In this document: positions 52,030 to 61,302 of the stretch, one piece after another
Position numbering within the stretch: position 1 is the first letter of the stretch
Layout: every line of letters starts with the position of its first letter
Virus record (IMG/VR): IMGVR_UViG_3300009506_000008
Location: 37,021 to 101,020 of that record
Direction: 5' to 3' (one strand)
From: a virus
DNA: 64,000 nt
Notes under the pieces: generated by a model
Database searches by the model: none
Told to the model about the DNA's origin: nothing
The model's input: only the letters and a program-made list of their open reading frames with translations
Translations under genes and position numbers: made by a program

Positions 52030-53685
52030 ATGCCAATCCAAACATACGGGGCCGACGACGGTACCAACGGGATCACCACCCGGATGCAGACTGTCTTGGG
52101 CAGGGCGAATTTCAAGGTAATGATGCCGGATACCATCTGGATTTGTGCGGGTCCTACGGTGTATCAACAGCCGTTTAACGGGACCGGGCCGAATGAGGTG
52201 GAGGGAGGTATCATTAACGGGATGGTAGCCCACTCCAGGACTCGGTGCTTGCCCGATAAGAAGCGCCCCGAGTATCCCAACAGGATGTACGCTCATTGTC
52301 GGTTTACTATCAACGCAGAGGTAATTCACGGCGCAGTGACTCGAAGGTTCCACCTGATAAACAAGGTTGAAAACTTCGACATTCCGTTGGACTCGGAGTC
52401 GGACGAAGTCAGAATCACCTACACTCTTGAGTACGATACCAACGACAAGACTCGGAACGGGTACGTAGGTTTCAACTACAAGGACCCGGTGTTCGAGATC
52501 ACCGATCTCGACCGCATGATCGATTGGAAACAAGGTGCTCAGCAGATGAAGGTTGTTGACATTTCTGCTGATGCTACTCGCTTGAAGCTTCGCACGTTGA
52601 CGGGAGAAGGCGAAGTAGCCAAGCTGATGGATGACATTGCTCTGGAGATCCCGGTTAGCCAGTTCGTAGCACAGATGACGGACAGGTGCTCTTCGATCAC
52701 TACCGGGAAGGAACTTCGGAAGCGATGTGAGCATGTTCAGAAGTACAGCTACAGCCCTTGGAAGTGCCGGATTCGCAGTGTGTTTTGTGACGGATGGCGA
52801 AACGACTGCGCCAACTACAAACCGCTCAAGGGCTGCGAGATGTACATTGCCATGCAGAAATTCACCCGGAATGAAAGTATCATCGAGATGGACGACGACC
52901 AGGTGAAGTACCTCTTCGATCAGAAAGAGGGCTTGGGGTTGATTCCTTGGTCGGAGTGGCGAGGATCGTGGCTAGACTGGATGGCGCACCTTTGCAGCAA
53001 GTTGTCCGCTCTCCGCTCGGGAGTGTTCTACTACTGTCACAAGTTTGATACCGCACCATACGAGAACAACTGCCTGTCCTGCGCGGCCAGCTACAACTGG
53101 ATGTTCTCTCAGTTGTTACTGGGAGACAAAGCGTTTTGGAGATACGTTCTTCCTTCGCAGTCCTTGGATCTGACGTACCACAGCAAACTCCAAACGGAGA
53201 TCGTGCTCAAGTCAGAGGATGTTTGCGTGACGAACGCGAACGACCGGGGAGAAGCGATGGGAGAACCTGATAACTGGGCAGTGCATGGTCGGTTTGTCGA
53301 TCCACAGGCTCCGAAATTGACGCCGGTGACCTACCTTCCCGAGGCGCTTCCAGAAGGACTGTACGAGGTTTGGTTGTACTGTAAGAACAGTTTGAAGTAT
53401 CCCTTCGCCCTCATCTTCGAGAACGACAACAACTTCACCCAGGTAGACAAAATCTCGGCTGGGTACTCGGATCGCGTTGCGCTTGAGATTCCTCAAGCTG
53501 CCTCATACCAGTGGGTTCAGTTGCAGCAACGAAGGCCCGACAGATACGGAGTTTGGTTGGCTCCGTTCCAGCGGCTAACTTTCGGGTTGGCTCCTTTGGA
53601 GTTCTCGAAGACGATCACCGCCGATCAGTTTGCAGTAGGTGACGAGTTTGCCTTCAAAGCCGTTCATATCGAAAGGGTGAAGTAA
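52030..53685 (+). CDS. Tail-region protein with Cys-rich central domain (551 aa)
   Basis: SD GAGGAGG; about 10 Cys in the central third. Confidence 0.8.
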   Translation: MPIQTYGADDGTNGITTRMQTVLGRANFKVMMPDTIWICAGPTVYQQPFNGTGPNEVEGGIINGMVAHSRTRCLPDKKRPEYPNRMYAHCRFTINAEVIHGAVTRRFHLINKVENFDIPLDSESDEVRITYTLEYDTNDKTRNGYVGFNYKDPVFEITDLDRMIDWKQGAQQMKVVDISADATRLKLRTLTGEGEVAKLMDDIALEIPVSQFVAQMTDRCSSITTGKELRKRCEHVQKYSYSPWKCRIRSVFCDGWRNDCANYKPLKGCEMYIAMQKFTRNESIIEMDDDQVKYLFDQKEGLGLIPWSEWRGSWLDWMAHLCSKLSALRSGVFYYCHKFDTAPYENNCLSCAASYNWMFSQLLLGDKAFWRYVLPSQSLDLTYHSKLQTEIVLKSEDVCVTNANDRGEAMGEPDNWAVHGRFVDPQAPKLTPVTYLPEALPEGLYEVWLYCKNSLKYPFALIFENDNNFTQVDKISAGYSDRVALEIPQAASYQWVQLQQRRPDRYGVWLAPFQRLTFGLAPLEFSKTITADQFAVGDEFAFKAVHIERVK

Positions 53686-56600
53686 TGGCGACCTACAATT
53701 GGAGCATCAGCAACGTTGTTTACACTCAGTCGTCCTACGATTCTTCCAAGGACAGGGATTCTGGGACACTAGCATTCGATGTGAACTTCCCAGATGCTGA
53801 CTTCTACGACCCCGTGAGTCCAACGATTCGCGGTGTTTGCATGGAGGGGGACAACGTACAACGGACCTGTACGGTAGTGAGCGACAACGTCAACGGGGCT
53901 ACCCGGACCATTCGGTACTCAGTGCCCGTAGACTTCTCCAACAACATCGTCACCCTCCGAGAGTGGCGCACGGTGTTCTGGAAACGGCACGGATGGATCT
54001 TCCAGTGCTTGATGTCGGCCAAAGATGTCTGTCTCGACGTCAAGACGCACAAAGTTCCATCGGCAATCGACGCCAAGGGGGAGATGTACTTCGACATCCC
54101 AGCCGAGGACGATCTCTGGGAGGCGAATGCTTGGATGGGGTTCAGCTTCGCCACCGGAGGGGCTGTCATCGTACCGACCGACTTGAACACAGTTTACTGT
54201 GACGACCTGTACGAAGAGCGCGTGCTGGCGAACAGTGTGGGAGACCAATCCAATCCTCTGTACTCTCCATGGGAAGCTATCCGCCGCGCAGGATTGATCA
54301 GCAGGTACTACGATCACAAGGTCACGGTGGACGTCGCTCCCGGTGAGTATGAAGAGTTCTGGTTGATCCATTACATGCCTTGCAACGCTGATGTAGAGGT
54401 TCTTGGCGACGTGGACAGTCGTCCGAAGCTCTGGGTCAACGAGGACATGAACCAGATTACCCTGTGGATGGGGTACAGTCGGGGAAGCACAGCCAAGATC
54501 AATTACATCATCACTCCGTACGTGATCGAGACAAAGTTGGTTATGAAGGATCTCGACATCACCGGGGTTCAGTTCTATGGCAACCTTTCGCACCTGGAGT
54601 ATCAACGATGCTCCTTCAGTCTGTGCGAGATCAAGCCTCATGTCAATGCCGTGTACAGAATGTTGGACTGCGAGACGAGCGGAACAGAGATCGATCAACA
54701 GATCCCATTCAGCCCGGACTTCCGTTGGAGAGTCAAGGACTACTACTCAAGCGATCCGCCATCGTCCTTTATCTCCAAGACTTTCGTCAGCGATATGTGG
54801 ATCAGTTTCGGTTACTGGAAACCCTTGGACATAGCTACATTGGCGGACTACGTACTCCCGACCGGTATCACCAAGTTGCAGGTGCAAAACTACACTGACG
54901 ACAATCGACCCATCGGCGGTGGCGGCAAGACGTGGATCTATACGGGGCAGAACCTCGACACGACTAAGATTGAAGCGTACTCTGACGTACATGATGCTGT
55001 GTTCCACAATACGATTACGAGCGACTGGGACACCTACGACCTGGTCGTCGATGTCAAACGCAATCATTTCCGCGACAACAGCACGCAAAGGTACCAAGCC
55101 GGTTACGGTTCCTTGTACTACATGAACAACCGATACTCGTCCAACACGGTGTACTTGACCACCTCACTGCGGAACTGTATCGTCACCAACAACACCGGCG
55201 ACTACCATATCGGTATCTGGAGACTGTGTAGTTCCTGGGCGATTCCTGAGACTGCTCTTGGATCTGGTGTGCTGCCCTACACGGTAGACCATCCTGACAA
55301 GCTCGTAGCGGAAGCTCGGTGGAGCATGGTTCCGTTGGACTTCGAGCACATTTGGGTTACCCAAGAGATGTTGATAGAGACAGCCGAATTCAAGGGTAAC
55401 ATCAACCTAGCGGCTAATGGCAATCCTGGTTACGACTACAAGTCGTTCACCGGTTACGGGCATTGGTTGTACAACAACACTCTCATGAAGACACTGCAAG
55501 ACGAATATGGGTTGACAAGCGCGGAGGTAGCCGGAATCGGTGGGCAGGGTGAATCTTATCCCCAGTGTGACGAAGACTACCCGGATTTGGACATTGAAGG
55601 GTGCTCTCAGTTCGATCCCACTGAGTTCTATGACCTGTATACATTGCGCCCACTTCCGACCAGTGGTTATATCAACGCCGGTCCAGCCGATGCTGCTTAC
55701 AATGATTTGGACGGAACGAGGAACGACCAAGGGCATCTCGGTGGACCGGAAGCTAACTCCAGTTTGGTTGCTCGTATCAGATGGGTAGACTCGTTCGTCC
55801 CCGTGAACTACACCAAAATCTACACCGGGATGACATTAAATCTGAGCGGAATCCAATCTAGTTGGTCCGCGGCCATTACTCCTACGTTCACATGGAGTGC
55901 TACATTGGATGCTGGGGGCGGTCCGAACCCGTGGGTTCCTACCGCAGGATGGACTGACAACGGCACATTCGACGGCATGGAGCAAGAGGTTCTGCTGGAT
56001 GGCGGTGACGGGACATATGAGTTCACGCTTGACATTTACGATCCCATTGCCGATGCACATGACATCGAGACGCAGACGTTCATCGTCACTGCTACACGAA
56101 AGTTTCAAGTAGACACTCGCATGTCATTCACCGGTAATGTTCTCCCGTTTGACGAGATCGCGCCGGACGTCAGCAACTGGATCTTCACGGACAACACGCT
56201 GATCGATGTAAACCGAGAGTACGACAGCGGCGATGTTCATAGCCTCAAATTCGAGGGTGTGTCGGCTGACGTAGTAGAGTCTCAGTTTGCCGCCCATCGG
56301 TATCTCTCCCTCACAGCCAACACTCGGTACTATCTCAAGCTCAACGTAGCGAAGGCCGCCACTGATAAGCGCCAAAACAGCAACATTTTCTACTACGTGT
56401 ACATCGTGGACGGCAGTGGAAACATGCTGTTCAGCGATACTGCGAAGATCAACGCAGCTAACCAAATCACTACCCACAATTTCGAGGACTCTTGCACATA
56501 TGGTGTAGCGTCCTGCTACTTCCGTACGGGGAACAACGGCAACATCACGATTTACATCATCAGTTACAACGACTGGGGGAATCCTCGGTACACCACGCAG

Positions 56601-58325
56601 CTTCGCTGGATGTACATCGCAGAAGCCGACCAGGAACTTGCCGGGATCTATCAGGATCTTCGCCTTGCCATTCGACACTCCAAACCCAACGACGAAATCC
56701 AAGTCGCCGATTGCTACGTGGACGTTCCGTTGCGGGTGGCCGGCAGAAACATCTGTTTCAATATCTCGGGAGGCTGGGACGCGACCAGTTACGACGACAC
56801 TACTCCCGGTGATGAGCAATACACCGTACAGAACTGGCTTACCTATCCAACCTACATGAATTACCTCCGGTTCGCGTGGTTTACTCGTCAGCGAGATTGG
56901 GCATACAACGCAATGAGTTTCTTCATGACGGTGTACTTCCCGTCTAAGGTCGAAGGGTTCCACATCGAGAATACCGCGCCCGAGCTACCGAATGCTTGGG
57001 GCTATCACGGGATCAACTTTGAGGGGATTCTCCACGCGGATGTGACATTCAAGGACATGCAAATCACGGGGATCTTCTCGGCAGGGGAGATCAAGGCATA
57101 CAGTGATTCCTTGCTTAACAAAGACGTTACGTTAGAATTCGACAACGTCAACGTCACCGATTGCATCCAGGGACTTACAATCAGGACGGAACACATCGAC
57201 CTGGATATTCATGACTGCGACTTCGATAGGGTCATGGCCGGTTCGTTGATCCTGTCCTGTAGGAGGAGTTCATTCTTCAGGCGCTTCGTGCGGATATGGA
57301 ACAACGACTTTACTGACTGTGCGGTGCCCGATAAGATTCAGGCGCAGGCGATGACTAGGGATCAAGCCTTCTACCGAAGGTTCCCCAGCTTGTCAGCGTT
57401 TGCTGTGGGATACCGGACTCAATGGGGAGACTACGAGTACCGTCCATATTGGAGGCTGCCGTACGACCCCGCAATCGCCCCGGTTCTTATCGCACAGGGG
57501 ACGATGAATCGAGTTGGTGTCGAATGGGCGGATTTGGAGGGCTGGAACAATAACTGGAACAGCACCGATCCGGCATTTGAACCCATCTTCTGCGTAGCTT
57601 ACATGAGCCAAGACTGGGCTACCCCCGTCCCGCTGCCGGTCAACGCTCACCACGAGTGGCATGACAATACGGCTACCGCAGGCAAGTCTTTCATCGGTAC
57701 GATGAACGGGTGGATCGCCATCTACTTCTTCACCGGTTACGAGAACGTTCCTGGTCGGCAGAAACCCGACCCGAACGATTGGAACCCGATGGAGCATCTT
57801 ACCGTTACCGGAGTCAATCTGCCAACACTGTCGGACTACGCGGCAATCAAGGCACATGCTCAAGGAGGGTACGCTCAAGCGGGATACGATGGACCGACTG
57901 GAGGGAATGCAAACAGTCGTCAGAGCTTTTTGGTGTACAACAACACCTTGAGCAACATGCGGGCCATTGTAGAGCACACGGCAGGCAACGGGACACTCCA
58001 ATTCGGTTGGGATTCTGGGCAAGCCAGTGATCCCCTCGCGATCATGGGAGGACACGTTGTAGCGATCATGGACAACGATTGCACGGATGTGGAAGTTGCC
58101 CAATACTTCCACGCTTTCACCGCGGTCACTCCTGCCCTGTATGACCGGTACAAAGACTGGCAGCGGGTTGAGAACAATGGGGTGGACTATAAGGAAGTCT
58201 GTTACTGCTTGAATTGGTATCCGTCCAACCCCGAGGTCCGTGAGGATATGACTTATTGGTCGTACGTCGCGGGCAAGGTCCCGTTTCAGCAATTGGCCTA
58301 CTTCCCGAAGGTCATCCTTCCATAA
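53685..58325 (+). CDS. Multi-domain adhesin/depolymerase-like protein with two parallel beta-helix regions (1546 aa)
   Basis: VDVAPGEYEE and AIRHSKPNDEIQVA helix caps; SGYINAG...NDLDGTRNDQGHLGGP terminal motif; PKD-like and carbohydrate-binding-like linkers. Confidence 0.78.
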   Translation: MATYNWSISNVVYTQSSYDSSKDRDSGTLAFDVNFPDADFYDPVSPTIRGVCMEGDNVQRTCTVVSDNVNGATRTIRYSVPVDFSNNIVTLREWRTVFWKRHGWIFQCLMSAKDVCLDVKTHKVPSAIDAKGEMYFDIPAEDDLWEANAWMGFSFATGGAVIVPTDLNTVYCDDLYEERVLANSVGDQSNPLYSPWEAIRRAGLISRYYDHKVTVDVAPGEYEEFWLIHYMPCNADVEVLGDVDSRPKLWVNEDMNQITLWMGYSRGSTAKINYIITPYVIETKLVMKDLDITGVQFYGNLSHLEYQRCSFSLCEIKPHVNAVYRMLDCETSGTEIDQQIPFSPDFRWRVKDYYSSDPPSSFISKTFVSDMWISFGYWKPLDIATLADYVLPTGITKLQVQNYTDDNRPIGGGGKTWIYTGQNLDTTKIEAYSDVHDAVFHNTITSDWDTYDLVVDVKRNHFRDNSTQRYQAGYGSLYYMNNRYSSNTVYLTTSLRNCIVTNNTGDYHIGIWRLCSSWAIPETALGSGVLPYTVDHPDKLVAEARWSMVPLDFEHIWVTQEMLIETAEFKGNINLAANGNPGYDYKSFTGYGHWLYNNTLMKTLQDEYGLTSAEVAGIGGQGESYPQCDEDYPDLDIEGCSQFDPTEFYDLYTLRPLPTSGYINAGPADAAYNDLDGTRNDQGHLGGPEANSSLVARIRWVDSFVPVNYTKIYTGMTLNLSGIQSSWSAAITPTFTWSATLDAGGGPNPWVPTAGWTDNGTFDGMEQEVLLDGGDGTYEFTLDIYDPIADAHDIETQTFIVTATRKFQVDTRMSFTGNVLPFDEIAPDVSNWIFTDNTLIDVNREYDSGDVHSLKFEGVSADVVESQFAAHRYLSLTANTRYYLKLNVAKAATDKRQNSNIFYYVYIVDGSGNMLFSDTAKINAANQITTHNFEDSCTYGVASCYFRTGNNGNITIYIISYNDWGNPRYTTQLRWMYIAEADQELAGIYQDLRLAIRHSKPNDEIQVADCYVDVPLRVAGRNICFNISGGWDATSYDDTTPGDEQYTVQNWLTYPTYMNYLRFAWFTRQRDWAYNAMSFFMTVYFPSKVEGFHIENTAPELPNAWGYHGINFEGILHADVTFKDMQITGIFSAGEIKAYSDSLLNKDVTLEFDNVNVTDCIQGLTIRTEHIDLDIHDCDFDRVMAGSLILSCRRSSFFRRFVRIWNNDFTDCAVPDKIQAQAMTRDQAFYRRFPSLSAFAVGYRTQWGDYEYRPYWRLPYDPAIAPVLIAQGTMNRVGVEWADLEGWNNNWNSTDPAFEPIFCVAYMSQDWATPVPLPVNAHHEWHDNTATAGKSFIGTMNGWIAIYFFTGYENVPGRQKPDPNDWNPMEHLTVTGVNLPTLSDYAAIKAHAQGGYAQAGYDGPTGGNANSRQSFLVYNNTLSNMRAIVEHTAGNGTLQFGWDSGQASDPLAIMGGHVVAIMDNDCTDVEVAQYFHAFTAVTPALYDRYKDWQRVENNGVDYKEVCYCLNWYPSNPEVREDMTYWSYVAGKVPFQQLAYFPKVILP

Positions 58326-58337
58326 GGAGAGAACCCG

Positions 58338-58634
58338 ATGAGCGAACTCTATGATCCCACAACGATCAACCAACCGGATACGTTGGCAAAGTACGTCCGG
58401 TTGGAATCGTTGGAAGTGGTTTGTTCCGAACGACTGGAAGTGGAGAGGACCAAGGAACTCGGTTCAGCGGTGTTTGACAAGGGAACGCAATATACGCTGG
58501 ACCTGTACGCCTTGATGGGCGGCCAATCCAAAGATGTGTACTACCACCCGGACTCCGGGGTGTCGTTGACGAAAGATCAGTTCAACCAACACTTCGGGAC
58601 TGCTGAGGAACAGGAGGAGAAGAAATGGCAGTAA
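58338..58634 (+). CDS. Hypothetical protein (98 aa)
   Basis: SD AAGGAG. Confidence 0.75.
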   Translation: MSELYDPTTINQPDTLAKYVRLESLEVVCSERLEVERTKELGSAVFDKGTQYTLDLYALMGGQSKDVYYHPDSGVSLTKDQFNQHFGTAEEQEEKKWQ

Positions 58635-59239
58635 ACGTTCACTACATCGAAGTGCCAGAGGCCGACTTCAAGGTCGTCGTTCCCCTGTTCCTGGGTACTA
58701 CTCCGTGGACATGGGAGGATAGCTCGGGTGACGCTTTGCTCACCATATGGGCTCCCGGTTCTGGTGAGCAGGGAGTCGGTGGATACAGCATAGCGGCAAT
58801 CAACAGTACGGGGGCTCACGAGTTGACGGTTCCGTTGACCGGACTTCCCGGCAGTCTTGATCGGTTCACTCTGTGGCTAACTAGTCCGACCAACAAGTTC
58901 GATGCTCAGCAGGTCAATGTCAAGTTCGTGGACAACGACAAGGACAAAATCTACGCTGACATCATGGCGAAGTTGGGTACGGATACCGATACGATTGATG
59001 GGAAGATCGACGATACCATCACAAGTCTCTTGCAAGTGCTCACCCTTACCGAGTATAATCAAGAGCGTACGATAAACTGGGATTCCAACGGAACGTACGT
59101 CGAGTCCATTGATATCGCGATGGTTGCCGATGACGCCGCCCCGGACTTCTCCAACCCGGACAAGCGGATGAGGATTGAGTACACTCGTGACGGGAACAAC
59201 AAGGTCACGGTTGTAACAATCAAGGAGGTGGTCATCTAA
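58625..59239 (+). CDS. Putative virion protein (204 aa)
   Basis: SD GGAGGAG; Ig-like N-terminus, short coiled coil, beta C-terminus. Confidence 0.75.
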   Translation: MAVNVHYIEVPEADFKVVVPLFLGTTPWTWEDSSGDALLTIWAPGSGEQGVGGYSIAAINSTGAHELTVPLTGLPGSLDRFTLWLTSPTNKFDAQQVNVKFVDNDKDKIYADIMAKLGTDTDTIDGKIDDTITSLLQVLTLTEYNQERTINWDSNGTYVESIDIAMVADDAAPDFSNPDKRMRIEYTRDGNNKVTVVTIKEVVI

Positions 59240-59421
59240 TGCCGATGCCGTCATACACCCCAGATGGGGATACGGTACACGTCAATAAGCTACCTGACGT
59301 GTACGATGTAGGAACGGTCACTTTGCTGCCCCCTCATGGGTGCGTGGAAGCCGACATCACCTCGGCTCGTTTCTTGGTATTCGAGGAGAGGGTCATCGTC
59401 TCCTACATCCAAGAGGAGTGA
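59239..59421 (+). CDS. Hypothetical protein (60 aa)
   Basis: TAATG overlap, SD GGAGG. Confidence 0.65.
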   Translation: MPMPSYTPDGDTVHVNKLPDVYDVGTVTLLPPHGCVEADITSARFLVFEERVIVSYIQEE

Positions 59422-59424
59422 GCT

Positions 59425-60108
59425 ATGTACTCGATCCTATTCCAGGATATTACCCTGGCTCTGACAGGAGATCCAGGGTATGATCCGTTACTGGCAGATA
59501 CCCTCGGAGGGGTACTGTTGGGATATGTCCCCTATGTTGGGTATTCCGAGTATGATGCAAACATTGACACGTACCTTCATAACCAGCTAAGGGAAATCAT
59601 CGAAAGGTGGTTCAGCCGGAAGGATGTTTTCTTGTGTGAAGTCTTGCCGGTGGCAGAGTTCCCTCTGAGTGTGATCTACACGGACCCGGATATTCCGGGT
59701 TCTCCGGTGGATATGTATGAAGGTATCGTTCCCATGCAGGTCTTGTTTCCTCCTCTCCCTGCCACGGTTTTGTCTGACATTGTCATCGACGTTGCCGACC
59801 ATAACATCTCGGCGTTCAAGAACTTGGAGTTCACGTACTGGTCGGAGACAGAGTTCGAGCTTACTTGGAGTTTCGAGTACACGGATGACACAAAGGAAAG
59901 TGCCACATTCACCACGGAAGTGTCTGTGGATCCCGATGATTGGAAGAAGGGGTTGGTAGACACCCCATATTCTGTCAAGCGGTTGGACAAGGTTCGGGTA
60001 GGAGTGCGAGACGTGCCGACATCCAATCTTACCATCGTCATCGGTCGGATCAGTATGCTCTATGACAAGAGCCCCATCCCGCCGCCGATATTCAAGTCCG
60101 GTACGTAG
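59425..60108 (+). CDS. Acidic hypothetical protein (227 aa)
   Basis: SD GAGGAG. Confidence 0.75.
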   Translation: MYSILFQDITLALTGDPGYDPLLADTLGGVLLGYVPYVGYSEYDANIDTYLHNQLREIIERWFSRKDVFLCEVLPVAEFPLSVIYTDPDIPGSPVDMYEGIVPMQVLFPPLPATVLSDIVIDVADHNISAFKNLEFTYWSETEFELTWSFEYTDDTKESATFTTEVSVDPDDWKKGLVDTPYSVKRLDKVRVGVRDVPTSNLTIVIGRISMLYDKSPIPPPIFKSGT

Positions 60109-60117
60109 GAGGCACGA

Positions 60118-60834
60118 ATGAAGGCATATCTGAGCAAACTCCTACATAGGCTGGTTGATCACGCGGACATTCCGGGTGTCAAGGATCACGAAGCCGTCCA
60201 CCAGGTGCTCTTTGACAGCGTGTACGCAGCATCGGGTCACGATCATGCCGGGGTGTACTCTCTGAGCAGTCATAACCATCTCGGGGTGTACTCGTTGATT
60301 ACGCATGATCATGATGCGGATTACGAACCCCTCGGCACGTTGCACGATGGTCGATACTTCCAGAAGACGGAGTTCATTGACGAAAGTGGGGGTGTCGGGG
60401 ATGCTGGAAAGCCCATCCTGTTGGGATCTGACGGGAAGATGTCACCCTCGATCTTTGCGATGGGTCGTGCGGGGGTCGTAGGAAACTTCCACAGCGGCGG
60501 TCCCGAGGTTGCCGTAGAAGCAGATCAACGGGTCGCTATCCTAATCCAACGTGCCTTTACTATCGACGCGCTACGCATTGTAACTGATCAATCGACCAAT
60601 CTGCAAATCGACCTTTGGTGGGAACCGAACCCGGCCAATGGACCTCCCGACGGTACTGATACAATCACGAACGGTAATGAGCCCGCGATGGTGTCCGCTA
60701 ACTATTTGTTCATGGATACTTTTACCGGGTGGACCGAGACAGTCTTGACAGCAAATGGGATCTTGACCATTAACATCGACGCCAATACGGTCGCTCGCTA
60801 CATCCAAGTTCAGCTAACGGGCGAGCCTGCTTAG
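60118..60834 (+). CDS. Tail fibre-like protein with HxH repeats
   Basis: HDHAGVYSLSSHNHLGVYSLITHDHDADY (11-aa period) and HDGRYF. Confidence 0.75.
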   Translation: MKAYLSKLLHRLVDHADIPGVKDHEAVHQVLFDSVYAASGHDHAGVYSLSSHNHLGVYSLITHDHDADYEPLGTLHDGRYFQKTEFIDESGGVGDAGKPILLGSDGKMSPSIFAMGRAGVVGNFHSGGPEVAVEADQRVAILIQRAFTIDALRIVTDQSTNLQIDLWWEPNPANGPPDGTDTITNGNEPAMVSANYLFMDTFTGWTETVLTANGILTINIDANTVARYIQVQLTGEPA

Positions 60835-60844
60835 GAGTGTTGAC

Positions 60845-61291
60845 ATGGAATATGTGTATTCCTACGCGCCTGTGAGGGAAGAGAAGGGAGTCACTATCTT
60901 CTCTGTGACCGCGTATGGTCAGACACGGGAGTTCAGGGCGAACGGTCCCCTGCCGGTCATCGAGGTAGCTGAAAGGATCGCCCGAGAGTTGTTCGTCGAG
61001 ATCAACAAGGTTCCGAGAGAGACGATTTCTGTGTCAATCTTGGAGAAGGAATTGATCCATAGTCACAGGAAACAGGTAAAGTTTTTTGTTGACAAAGCCG
61101 AAGAATACGACACCGAAGAGGGATTGTTGGAGGCTTTGTCAGAGGAGTTCGGGACGCTGCTGAGCAATCCAGCAGAGATGATTGCTGTGTACTGCGCGTT
61201 CCTTCACTCCAAGGGATTCATCCCGTCTGCGGATTTTGACAGTCTTCGGGACTTCGTCATTGCCAATCCTTCTTTGGCCGTCGAACTGTAG
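60845..61291 (+). CDS. Hypothetical protein (148 aa)
   Basis: SD AGGAG. Confidence 0.75.
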   Translation: MEYVYSYAPVREEKGVTIFSVTAYGQTREFRANGPLPVIEVAERIARELFVEINKVPRETISVSILEKELIHSHRKQVKFFVDKAEEYDTEEGLLEALSEEFGTLLSNPAEMIAVYCAFLHSKGFIPSADFDSLRDFVIANPSLAVEL

Positions 61292-61302
61292 GAGAGTGAT
61301 AC

